From: Squalus acanthias
Lineage: Eukaryota
Assembly: GCA_030390025.1 (NCBI GenBank)
Contig: CM059432.1
Span: 93,560,001-93,624,000 of the forward strand
Direction: 5' to 3'
Length of the DNA stretch: 64,000 nucleotides
Shown here: in pieces, positions 52,115 through 64,000 of the stretch
Layout: each line of letters starts with the position of its first letter
How positions within the stretch are numbered: the first letter of the stretch is position 1
Translations under genes and position numbers: made by a program
Notes under the pieces: generated by a model
Database searches by the model: none
Told to the model about the DNA's origin: nothing
Seen by the model: the letters and a program-made list of their open reading frames with translations, nothing else

Positions 52115-55100
52115 ATTTGTTTTATGGGATGTGGGCGTCGCCGGCAAGGCCAGCATTTATTGCCCATCCCTAATTGCCCTCAAGAAGGTGGTGGTGAGCC
52201 GCCATCTTGAACCGCTGCAGTCCGTGTGGTGAAGGTACTCCCACAGTGCTTTTAGGGAGTGAGTTCCAGGATTTTGACCCAGCGACGATGAAGGATCGGC
52301 GATATACTTCTAAGTCAGGATGGTGTGTGACTTGGAGGGGAACTTGGAGGTGGTGGTGTTCCCATGCGCCTGCTGCCCTTGTCCTTCTCGGTGGAAGAGG
52401 TTGCGGGTTTGGGAGGTGCTGCCGAAGAAGCCTTGGCGAGTTGCTGCAGTGCATCTTGTGGATGGTACACACTGCAGCCACAGTACGCTGGTGGTGGAGG
52501 GACTGAATGTTTAAGGTGGTGGATGGGGTGCCAATCAAGCAAGCTGCTTTGTCCTGGATGGTGTCGAGCTTCTTGAGTGTTGTTGGAGCTGCACTCATCC
52601 AGGTAAGTGGAGAGTATTCCATCACACTCCTTACTTGTGCCTTGTAGATGGTGGAAAGGCAGGAGGCGAGACACTCGCCACAGAATACCTAGCCTCTGAC
52701 CTGCTCTTGTTGCCACAGTATTTATCTGGCTGGTCCAGTTAAATTTCTGGTCAATGGTGACCCCCAGGATGTTGATGGTGGGGGATTCGGTGATGGTAAT
52801 ACCGTTGATGTCAAGGGGCAGTGGTTAGACTCTCGTTTGTTGGAGATAGTCATTGCCTGGCACTTCTGTGGCACGAATATTACCTGCCACTTATCAGTCC
52901 AAGCCTGAACGTCATCCAGGTCTTGTTGCATGTGGGCATGGACTGCTTCATTATCTGAGTAGTTGTGAATGGAACTGAACACTGTGCAGTCATCAGCGAA
53001 CATCCCCATTTCTGACCTTATGTTGGAGGGAAGATCTTTGATGAAGCAGCTGAAGATGGTTGGGCCTAGGACACTGTCCTGATGAACTCCTGCAGCCATG
53101 TCCTGGGGCTGTGATGATTGACCTTCAACCACCACAACCATCTTCCTTTGTGCTAGGTATGACTGCAGCCAATGGAGCGGTTCCCCCCCTGATTCCCATT
53201 GACTTCAGTTTTACTGGGGCTCCTTGATGCTACACTCGGTCAAATGCTGCCTTGATGTCAAGGGCAGTCACTCTCACCTTACCTCTGAATTCAGCTCCTT
53301 TGTCCATGTTTGGACCAAGGCTGTAATGAGGTCAGGAGCCGAGTGGTCTTGGCGGAACCCAAACTGGGCATCCGTGAGCAGGTTGTTGGTGAGTAAGTGC
53401 CGCTTGATAGCACTGTCGATGACACCTTCCATCACTTTGCTGATGATTGAAAGTAGACTGAGAGTTGGCCGGGTTGGATTTGTCCTGCTTTTTGTGGACA
53501 GGTCATACCTGGGCAGTTTTCCACATTGTCGGATAGACGCCAGTGTTGTAGCTGTACTGGAACAGCTTGGCTAGAGGCGCGGCTAGTTCTGGAGCACAAG
53601 TCTTCAGCACGATAGCCGGGATGTTGTCAGGGCCCATAGCCTTTGCTGTATCCAGTGCGCTCAGCCGTTTCTTGATATTACATGGAGTGAAATGAATTGG
53701 CTGAAGACTGGCTTCGGTGATGGTGGGGACTTTAGGAGGAGGCCAATATGGATCATCCACTCAGCACTTCTGGTTGAAGATGGCTGCAAACGCTTCAGCC
53801 TTGTCTTTTGCACTCACGTGCTGGGCTCCTCCATCACTGAAGATGGGAATATTCATGGAGCCTCCTCCTCCCGTTAGTTGTTTAATGGTCCACCACCATT
53901 CACGACTGGATGTGGCAGGACTGCAGAGCTTTGATCTGATCCGTTGATTGTGGGATCGCTTAGCTCTGTCTATAGCATGCTGCTTCCACTTTTTAGCATG
54001 CATGTAGTCCTGTGTTGCAGCTTCCCCAGGTTGGCACCTCATTTTTAGGTACGCCTGGTGCTGTTCCTTGCATGCTCTTCTACACTTCTTATTGAACCAG
54101 GGTTGGTCCCCTGGCTTGATGGTAATGGTGGAGTGAGGGATATGCCGGGCTATAAGGTTACAGATTGTGGTGGAATACAATTCTGCTGCTGCTGATGGCC
54201 CACAGCACCTCATGGATGCACAGTTTTGAACTGCTAGATCTGTTCTGAATCTATCCCATTTAGCACGGTGGTAGTGCCATACATGATGGAGGGTGTCCTC
54301 AGTGTGAAGACGGGACTTCATCTCCACAATGACTGTGCAGTGGTCACTGCTACCAATACTGTCATAGACAGATGCATCTGCGACAGGTAGATTGGTGAGG
54401 ACGAGGTCAAGTAGGTTTTTCCCTCGTGTTGGCTCTCTCACCACCTGTTGCAGGCCCAGACTGGCAGTTATGTCCTTCAGGACTCGGCCAGCTCGGTCAG
54501 TAGTGGTGCTACTGAACCACTCTTGGTGATGGACATTGAAGTTTCCCCACCCAGAGTACATTTGTGCCCTTGCTACTCTCAGTGCTTCTTCCAAGTGGTG
54601 TTCAACATGGAGGAGTACTGATTCATCAGCTGAGGGAGGGCGGTAATCAGCAGGAGGTTTCCCTGCCCATGCCTGACCTGAAGCCATGAGACTTCATGGG
54701 GTCCGGAGTCAATGTTGAGGACTCCCAGGGCCACTCCTTCCCGACTGTATACCAGGGATGGTGATGGAGGAGTCTGGGACATTGGCTGAAAGGTATGATT
54801 CTGTGAGCATGACTGTGTCAGGCTGTTGCTTGACTAGTCTGTGGGACAGACCTCCCAATTTTGGCACAAGTCCCCAGATGTTGGTGAGGAGGACTTTGCA
54901 GGGTCGACTGGGCTGGGTGTGCCGTTGCCGTGTCCGTAGCCGGTGCCGAGGTCGATGCCGGGTGGTCCGTCCGGTTTCATTCTTTTTCATAGCGGTTTGT
55001 TACAACTGAGAGGCTTGCTAGGCCATTTCAGAGGGCAGTTAAGAGTCAACCACATTGCTGTGGGTCTGGAGTCACATATAGGTCAGACCAAGTAAGGACG

Positions 55101-55298
55101 GCAGACTAAAGGAAATTAGTGAACCAGATGGGTTTTTACGACAATCTGATAGTTTCATGGTCACCATTACTGATACTAGTAATTATTCCAGATTTATTTA
55201 ATTAACTGAATTTAAATTCCCCAGCTGCCGTGGTGAGATTTGAACTCACGTCTCTGGATCATTAGTCCAGTGACATTACCACTACACTACCGTTCCCA
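52115..55298 (-). mobile_element. Near full-length family-B LINE (endonuclease + RT, disrupted) with tRNA-like 5' head
   Basis: LLTNIWGL, LTESYL, GNFNVHH, LDLVLTN, SDH, KAMGPDNIP and MFADD motifs; box A/B-like head at 55237-55289. Confidence 0.92.
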
Positions 55299-56896
55299 CG
55301 GTACTACACAACTGATTTAAAAAGTCAATTTTGTATGAAGTTCCAGTGATAATTAGAAAAGACTGGGGGAGGTTAAACAGTTGGGTCTAATGGGCCTTAA
55401 CTTAGACCACTCATGTGTTAGTAGAGTACTGGTAGCATTTTCAGCAGTGATAGTGAGCAGGCACATCTGTGGTCATACTGCCTGCTCATATCCCCAAACA
55501 AGATAAACAGAAGAGGAGAATAGTAGCTACTGGTCTCCTAGTTCCATACTGAGGTTAAAGTCAGGATCCCACAAGTGCCTAAAGATACATTGATAGTTCT
55601 TTTCATACATGCACAAATAAGTACAAAAATCTTTAATGAGCAAGGTTCTATTCACATATTTCAGTATACATGGAAAAAGCTCCACCCTTTCCCACTCAAT
55701 AGCAATATGAGCAAGAAGTGTGATCACAGCTGTCAGCTAATCATTACTGCTGAAAATACTGCCACTTGAGTGGTCTGACTGGAGATTTAGATATAACTTG
55801 CATTAGTTTGCAAAATCTGCTTTAACTAGTGCTTTGCTACTAACTCCTATAAATATACTCGATAACAGGCCCCACTTTAGACTGTTCGGAAACCTGAATA
55901 AAGTGGTCAGCGTATAGCAAAAAGAAGCAAAATATCATCACCTCCCCCACCCTCATGTTACAAAAATCGCAGTGGTACAACCCATGTTCCTCCCTTTAAC
56001 ACAGCAACAGACCTAGCAGATAACTGCAAATAAACCTTTCAAATTATTTCAGTAAATACTGGGTTGAATTTCTTGTTAGAAAGACAAGAATTTGCACTCA
56101 AATTCAATATTTGTTTTTGCTGTTATCAGTATTTCACATGTACAGTAACCCAATTCAGTTTTAGCCTATTCCATAGAAATCAATGATTGAATCATGTGTT
56201 TCTCCCAAGGGTTTCCTGTTGCAGCATCTTTATGCTCATTTTTGATTGTGTTGCTGTGTCTCTTAAATTATTGCATTTTATATTAACCAACTCACAAACC
56301 CCGATTCTATGAGTTGTAGGAACATTACACTAGTACAAACCCATTTAAACAACTTCCAGAATAAATTAGGTTTAGAATGGTTCACTAGAGAATGTACAAA
56401 ATAATAGGGATAATCTGTATAGGACTATGAAAGCTAGGTCTAAAAGTCCCACAGGAATGTGGATCCATTAAAAAAGTGTAGCATTTTAACTGAGTTGGTG
56501 GAAATTGATCAATGGAGTTAACACCAACATACACATTGAAAAGTGTAGGACAGAGCTGTAAAAAGGCTATTTGCATTGTAGGCTTAACACATTGCAATAC
56601 AATGTTAATTTCTGAATTGCTGACATGCTGTGCTATCTGTAACATCTGCCTAAAATTGGTTACTGCAGTGCTGATAGATTTTGATGAACAATATATCATC
56701 AACTGCTAATCTTTTCAGCTGTGCACAGCACTGTTGCTAATCGAGTCAATTATTTGACCTTTACTATATTGTATGTACAATTCAATTATTCTCACTTACT
56801 GTAAAATGAATATCAGGGCCTCCCTTGCATACAATAGCATATATCATCTCTCCATTGAACTAAATTTGTTTGAGGTAAAATCTTTTATTTAAAAAA

Positions 56897-57112
56897 GAGA
56901 CCCAAAGCTGATTCATTGAACGCTTTGGTGAACAAACCGTTCTGTCCACAAATGTGATCCCGACCTCACTGTGGCTTGCTGCTAAATCTCCCTGCCATTC
57001 CTATTCTGACCTTTATCTTTGGCCTCCTACATGGTTCCAGTTAAGCTCAATGCAAGCGTCAAGAACATAATTTCTTCTTTCCCCTGGGCACTCTGCAGTC
57101 CTCTGGTCTAAA
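56897..57112 (+). mobile_element. Penelope-like element GIY-YIG region relic
   Basis: Decayed RF.EH...DPDL.VA...GLL...RK..E...F.LGTLQ..GLN pattern. Confidence 0.6.
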
Positions 57113-57626
57113 CAGTAGCTGCAGAATTTAGCAAAGTCCCTTTTATATTAGAGCCACATAAGTCAGATTGTTTCCTGTGAGGAGTTACAATTCAGGCTTC
57201 TTAATAAGGATTAGCAATATTTATGACATTGCACTTCATGCACTAGGAAGCTACGCCAAACACTTCTACTATTCATCATGCTCAAATAAACTCTTGTTTT
57301 TTCAGGCTATTCTGTTTGAATCATGAATGCACTTTATCTCAGAAACCTCAGCACATTCCTGCCACAATTTTCAATTGAAGGCAGGCACTATTTATGTCAA
57401 ATGATTAGTACAATTCTTGCAAATAAACCTCCACAGAGAGCAATTACATTAACTTTTTTATATTATCAATATTAACAGTCACAGCTACATAAATCTGCAC
57501 ACAGGTGGTAACATTCACCAAAATAATGATGAACTTTAACTAGGTAAAATATAGGTTAGTCTATAATTGTATGGTATTGTATTTTACACCACAGATGGGC
57601 ATTAAAATTGAAGATGCATTACATAC

Positions 57627-57765
57627 AAAAACAACTTGTATTTATACAGCGCCTTTAACGTAGTAAAACGTCCCAAGGCGCTGCACAGGAGTATTTTAAG
57701 ACAAAAAATTTGACACCAATCCACAGAAGGATAAATTACGGCAGGTGACCAAAAGCTTGGTCAAT
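57627..57765 (-). mobile_element. L2 LINE 3' tail
   Basis: Reverse complement of 38765-38900. Confidence 0.8.
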
Positions 57766-57934
57766 GCCAACATTCAAGAGAAAATAAAACCAAATTTCTT
57801 TACAAGTTATATTTATATGCATTAATAATTGTGTATGGCATGCACCTCTTGTCCACAAACGTTGCTTCCAAAGTCAAGCTTGTATAATGTAAACATGTTA
57901 TCCAAGCATCAACATTTCATTTTGTCATCACACC

Positions 57935-58574
57935 AGGGTAACAATTGATCATGGCCCGCTTCGGTGTATAACCAACGGTGGCAGACAGCACGCACTCGAA
58001 CTGGGAGGCCCAAGGATTGCCCGAAATTGGGACTCAGCCTCATTGTAATAATTTAGGCACGCTTTCGCCGCTTGTCGTGTCTCCAGAAGCAGCTCACTCA
58101 TTATAATGGTTTCAATTTTGTGCTGCCTGCCTCGCCAGCAGCAGCCCCAAGGTTAAGTCTTAGGAGGGGGCATGCAAGGACAAAGGAAGGCAGAGCCAAT
58201 TGCATGCTGGCAGTAACCCGGAGGAGTGCTGTGGAGCCGTGAGGAGCATCCCATTCTCTTCCTGGCTCCGTGGGAGCGTTTTTAACAAAACCATTATGTT
58301 TTTGGTGGGTGGTGGTCGCTGTTTAGGTCGCAGCAACCGTTGAAGAGTTGGCAACCAATTTAATTTATGATTCCTGAAACAGGCATTAGGTCCCTCATTT
58401 ACATATGTAGGACCTGTTTCAGGCAGGCGTCACGGATGCCTGGGCAACAACCTATGCCAATATAGTGGTGTTCGTACCCCTGATGCTGATCGGGCACAGG
58501 GCATTGTTCCCTGAAATTAGCCCTCGTTTTGCCCATTTTACACCCAAATGTGTGAAAAGTCCAATTTCCACCCC
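57935..58574. mobile_element. Old Harbinger-type MITE (tentative)
   Basis: Degenerate termini AGGGTAACAATTG / CAATTTCCACCCC around a GC-richer interior. Confidence 0.45.
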
Positions 58575-58989
58575 AGTTTGTTTCAGCAAATCACTGAAAA
58601 TGCTTTTTGAAGAAGATTCTGTCTGCCATTTTTCTCTATAACTAAAATTTGCTATCCAAAACTTTTCTAAGCAAAATCAAAAACTGAGCTATTTAACAAT
58701 AATGATTAACTTGCTTTGTGTGTCTTTTAATAACTTCATTCAAATGTTTTTGTTCAACACTTCAGCAGGTCTCAAAATCTTAGACTTTTACTGGATATTT
58801 TTACCTCACAACCACTGGACCGAGCTTTCAACCACATCTGTGCATTCTGAGCATGTGCAATTTGCAGAACTTTCTATTATGTAATTGTGCACCAGCATAA
58901 CCTGAATGGTAGAACAGACCCCTCATCCTGTGAGCATTTGAGAGTTTTTTTTGCTATTTTCAAAGGAATATCAAATAAATTAGAGATTG

Positions 58990-60772
58990 AAACATAGGAA
59001 CAGGAGTAGGCCATTCAGCCCCTCAAACCTGTTCTGCCTTTCAGTTCAATCATGGCTGATCTGTATCTTAACTCCATTTATCTGCCTTGCTCCATATCCC
59101 TTAATACCCTGACCTAACAAAAATCTATCAATCTCAGTTGTAAAATTTTCAATTGACCTAGCCTCAACAGATTTGGGGGAGAGAGTTGCAGATTTCCACT
59201 ACCTTTGTGTGAAGAAATGCTTCCTCACATCACCCCTGAACGGCCTAGCTCTAATTTTAAGGTTATACCCCCTTGTCCTGGACACCCCCATCAGAAGAAA
59301 TAGTTTCTCTCCATCTACCCGATTGAAATTCTTTTAATCATCTTAAATACCTCAATTAGATCATAGAATTACATAGAATTTACAGCAAAGAAACAGGCCT
59401 TTCGGCCCAACTGTTCCATGCCGGAGTTTATGCTTCACATGAGTTTCCTCTCACCCCTCTGCATCTAACCACACCAGCATATCCTTCTATTCATTTCTCA
59501 CTCAAGTGCTTATCCAGCTTCCCTTTAAATGCATCTGTGCTATTCATCTCAACTACTCCTTGTGATAGCAAGTTTGACATTCTTACCAATCTCTGGGTAA
59601 AGAGATTTCTCCTGAATTCACTATTGGATTTATTGGTGAATATTTTGTATTTCCCCGAGTTTTAGTCTACCCCACAAGTGGAAATCTCTTCTCTACGTCT
59701 AACCTATCAAACTTCTTCACAACTTTAAAGACCTCTATTAGGTTACACCCAAACCTTCTCTTTTCTAGAGAAAAGAACTCAGCCTGTTCAATCTTTCCTG
59801 ATAAGTATAACCTCAGTGTTCTGGCATCATCCTTGTGAATCTTTTTTGCACCTTCCCCAATGTCTCTATATCCTTTTTATAATATGGAGACCAGAACTGT
59901 GCACAGTACTCCAAGTGTGGTCTAACCAAGATTTTATACAAGTTTAACATAACTTCTCTGCTTTTCAATTCTATCCCTCTAGAAATAAGCCCCAGTGCTT
60001 TCTTTGCCTTCGATAAGGTACCGCATAGTAGACTCATAACTAAGGTCAGAGCATGTGGAGTCAGGGGACACGCAGCAGAAGGGATAGCAAGTTGGCTACA
60101 GGACAGAAAAGTTAGTGGGTGTTAGACTGGCAAAAGGTAGGAAGTGGTGTTCCACACATCACTACTTTTAGTGATGTGTATCTGCACCCCAGATCCCTTT
60201 GCTCTGCTACCCCATTTCGACTCTTCTTTTCCGAGCAGTATAAGGTCTCCTATTCTTCCTACCAAAATGTATCACCTTGCACTCATCTATACTGACATTT
60301 ATGTGCCAATTACACACTCATTCTGCAAGTTTATTAATGTCCGCTTGTATTTTATCGAAGTCTTCCTCAGTATTAACTGTACCCCCCAATTTGGTGTCGT
60401 CCTCAAATTTTGAAATTGTATTTTTGATTCCAGAGTTCAAATCGTTTATGTAAATGGTGAACAACAGTTGCCCCAGCACCGATCCTTGTGGAACACCACT
60501 TCCTACCTCTGCCAGTCTAACACCCACTAACTTTTCTGTCCTGCAGCCAACTTGCTATCCATTCTGCTGCGTGTCCCCTGACTCCACATGCTCTGACCTT
60601 AGTTATGAGTCTACTATGCGGTACCTTATCGAAGGCCTTTTGAAAATCCAAATATATTACATTTACTACCCTACCCTTGTCTACTCTTTCCGTTACATCT
60701 TCAAAGAATTCAAAAAGGTATTCCTGCATTACCTTCCGATTTGAAATCTGTGCTGACTATTCTTTATTAAAT
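58990..60772 (-). mobile_element. Two adjacent CR1 fragments (58990-59360 and 59362-60772)
   Basis: Two tails; [26 protein letters not shown] and [13 protein letters not shown] motifs. Confidence 0.88.
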
Positions 60773-61419
60773 TCTGCTCATGTTCTTTCTACTCTGCCTT
60801 GTCAACTAGACATACACTCAAGTGCAACTGCATGATGCACAGTATATTGCCATGGAAGTAATATTTGAAGGGGTGTTAGACAGGCAGTGTTCCAACATCA
60901 GTTCCTCTTCTATTTCTATAGATGGTCTGCCAACTCCCAAGAATCAGGTACAACATACAGTCTCAGTTGAAGAAATCAGCAGGTCACTCACTCCACCTGT
61001 TACAACCACCTCTCTGGTCCAAGGTTCTGTGATGTTTAGCTAGGATATATGGAGCTGTTCCAGCAATAATTTTCAATTACCCCATGAAACAGAGTAACTG
61101 TAAAACATTTTCAAAACTACTACTTCAGTTTCAAAAGTATGAAAGACTACACAAGTAGCATGATCTTAGATATAAGTCAGGTTCAAGTAGAAAAAAATCT
61201 TTTTTTTTTTAAGATTAGATTACTTCTTTTTATTCGTTTGTGGGATGTGGACCGCGCTGGCAAGGCCAGCATTTATTGCCCATCCCTATTTGCCCTTGTG
61301 AAGGTGGTGGTGAGCTGCCTTCTTGAACCGCTGCAGTCTGTGTGGTGAATGTACTCCCATGGTGCTGTTAGGGAGGGAGTTCCAGGATTTCGACCCAGTG
61401 ATGATGAAGGAACGGCGAT

Positions 61420-63880
61420 GGGCCAAAAATTCGGCCCTTCCCGGGTGAGTACTGTAGAATTCGCAATATATCGCGATTTTATTAATAAGGAGAAAAACAC
61501 AGAGTTTCGTTCAAACAGCTTTTATTTCAGCGGAATGCTGTCAGGTTTCAAAGTGGACACAAGCAGCTTGTAAAATGGCCGCCGCACCTCGTGGCGGAAC
61601 ATTCTAGACTTTGACAGGCAGACAAGATGGCGTTCCAATAAACATTTGTGCAAGATCGATTAAGATTCAGCACATTGAAGATAATACACGAGACATCATG
61701 GGTTTACAGTATACACATAAATACTGAAATCGGTCTCCCAGGTACGAATGAAAGCTATTGTACCAAGTAATCAAGAGCCCATCCAAAGACATTAATATGT
61801 AAAATCCCAACGACTCTACGATGAGAGAGCCGTTAGCGGGTAGTTACAGAAAACACTTGGAAGCCCCAAAACCCCTCCAGGGAGAACACCGACCGATTAA
61901 ACAATGGGAGAAATATTAACAGGTACTCAGACATTTACGAGTAGCCCCGAAACCCATTAAAAACGGAGATCACCTATACAAGACATTTGAGCGCCAAACC
62001 ATAACAAAAGGAAAAGACATTAAGGTTGGGCGGGAAACGGAAGATTTTGTACTATAATTACAAGCTCCAACCGTCCATCTCTCTCTTATCTTCGTATCTT
62101 GCTGGTGTTCATCCTCGTGGCTGCTCCTGTGTTCTTGACTCGCCGTCTCGTTCCTGCTTGCCTCGTGTCTCTTTTCAAAAGACTGTTGAACTTTATGATC
62201 CGCTCGGATCTACCTCGTGTCGTGTCGCGAAGACCTGTGTAGAACTGGGCTCTGAAGCCTTGAAGCGGGCGCACCATTCCGATAAGTCGGTAAACGGTGT
62301 TGGAACCGAAGGCCCGAGATGAGATGAGATGAGATGAGAAGAGAAGAAGACCATACTTATCGCCACGGTCAGTAAGCCCCGACCGCGCCTGTAGGTCGAA
62401 TAGACATTTTCCTTGCCAGGAAGACTTCTTCGAATTTTACAGAACTGCCAGGAAGATTACTTTTTGAATTCTATCGCATCCGTGCGAGGACACAGGAAGA
62501 CTCTTTTTTTGAGTAGAGTCGGAACTCCGAGGACAACACAGATCTTCATGACAGCAGACGTTCCAGCCTGCTAGCCGGAGCAGAACGAGTAAACAAGTGG
62601 GGCCAGGAGACCCCCTGATCGACACGTGGGTGCTGCGGTGAAAAACATCCGATCAGAGGTTTCAGAATTCTCCGAGTTATCACGAGTGGTGAGCATGAGT
62701 CTCGAATCCTACGAATCTAGCTAGGACAGATATTGATAGGGGAGGGTTTTAAGTATTAAGGATAATTGTAATGTGTGCCCCATTTACAATGTGTCGTTCG
62801 TTCCTCGTTTCCCTGAAATTAATTACATAACTGCGTGCAAGATTGTACTGTCATTAATCTGTGCGTATGACATGTATTTCGTAATCTTAAGTACTATGCA
62901 ATAAAGATTTTCCATTTCGTACCATTCAACCGAGTCTACCTGAGTTTTATCTCCATTACTGCTCTCGCATCTAAGTCCAGTGTCTAGAACCGTAAGGGCG
63001 AGTGGGTCGAACCATTCACAGGTGTGTCTAGTGCTCCCAGACTGGCTGGAGACCAGAACAGGCAACAAGGCCTAAACCCGCACTAGCACCCGGGCTGCAC
63101 AGAGCCACACGAATCTCACAGGCTGAGAGACATCAACCCTTACAGTACGCACTGTGTACTCACCCGTAAGGCGTCCTGAAGTGCCGGTTTCCTGCATGCA
63201 CTGCGCATGCGCGGGAAACCGGAACTTCCGGTCTGGTGAAGGGGGCGGTTCATAGGTGAACCGCGTGCGCGGTAGAGGCTGCGCGCACACAGCAAACTTA
63301 GGTTTTTTTTCAGGTTTCTACGGGAAAGTAAGTATTGAAGAACCTACGCTTTTAAAAAGGAGGCGCAGGAGCCGTTTTCAACAAGGTAAGTGGTCAATTA
63401 AGTATAATTTAAAAAAAATTTCAACAGGTTTATCTTTTTTAGATACTTTAAAGAAAGGTAAGTTTATTTTTAGCACTGTTAAAAAGTATTTTAATTTTTT
63501 CAAAAATTTAAATTTTTGTTTAAAGTAGTTAATTTATTTAACTATAGTTATTTTATAAATGTGATGGTTTTTTAAAAAATTTATTTTAAGTTTAGCTGTT
63601 CTTTTGGGGCCGATTTCAATTCATAGATTTGACAGGTCTTCCTGTCAAATCTATGAATGAAAGATGGTCTGCTGCCATTGGCTCTCCATGGCCCACGTGA
63701 TCCCAGGGGATGCATCGCACTAACTGCACCCCTGGGACACGCAAGCACTGCGCGCCAGCACTTGGAGCAGGCCCAGGAGCTGAAGTTCCCGTGGGCCCAA
63801 AACACAACGGCAGGCGCGGTACGTAAGTGCGCGCGGGATCCTTACCCCCGCAGCAAGCCGGAGAGGCGAATTTCAGGGCC
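61420..63880. mobile_element. Harbinger-type MITE related to 28824-29531, containing the solo LTR
   Basis: Imperfect TIRs GGGCCAAAAATTCG / CGAATTTCAGGGCC; TSD GAT/AAT with one mismatch. Confidence 0.82.
61453..63144 (+). mobile_element. Solo LTR (1,692 bp) of an ERV or LTR retrotransposon
   Basis: TGTA...TACA termini; exact GTAC TSD; GC box at 62028, TATAA at 62053 and AATAAA at 62900 in order; CpG-rich. Confidence 0.85.
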
Positions 63881-63962
63881 AATATATTTCCAAGTCAGGA
63901 TGGTATGTAATTTGATGGGGAACTTGTAGGTGATGATGGCGACTGCTGCCCTTGTCCTTCTA

Positions 63963-64000
63963 AGAACATAAGAAATAGGAGCAGGAGTAGGCCATTCGGC
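63963..64000 (-). mobile_element. CR1/HER1 3' tail cut by the window edge
   Basis: agaacataagaaataggagcaggagtaggccattcggc. Confidence 0.8.

Larger units (their letters stand above)
61225..63962 (-). mobile_element. Family-B LINE 3' fragment split by a MITE (61225-61419 and 63881-63962)
   Basis: Flanks rejoin to gaaggaacggcgatatatttccaagtcagg, matching 14625-14653. Confidence 0.88.

Noticed and set aside
62026..62625. Short ORFs inside the LTR as viral accessory genes
   Set aside because: Under 100 aa, on both strands, no recognisable motifs; cannot be supported without other copies

Overview
Eukaryotic, repeat-dense DNA, most likely intronic or intergenic, from a cartilaginous fish (shark/ray). 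That assignment is inferred from HER1/CR1-type LINEs, an HE1-like V-SINE and DeuSINE-type relics. No intact host gene can be supported; there are only weak candidate minus-strand exons near 16.8 kb and 35 kb. Roughly half the window is decayed CR1-clade LINE sequence. The rest includes a second LINE family with a tRNA-like 5' head, L2 and Penelope fragments, and a PIF/Harbinger set: a transposase relic, a Myb/SANT-carrying element and several MITEs with 3-bp TSDs. There is also a 5.4-kb C-rich minisatellite that generates all the giant Pro/Gly-rich ORFs as artefacts, and a 1,692-bp solo LTR nested in a MITE nested in a LINE. The most notable items are that LTR, a near-full-length ORF1-less LINE with a Pol III-type head, a possible transposase-LINE chimeric retrocopy, co-varying hairpins in related MITEs, and locally templated inverted duplications. 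I did not find a convincing novel protein-coding system. Family names come from recall of consensus motifs, not database searches, and the ends of old repeats are approximate.
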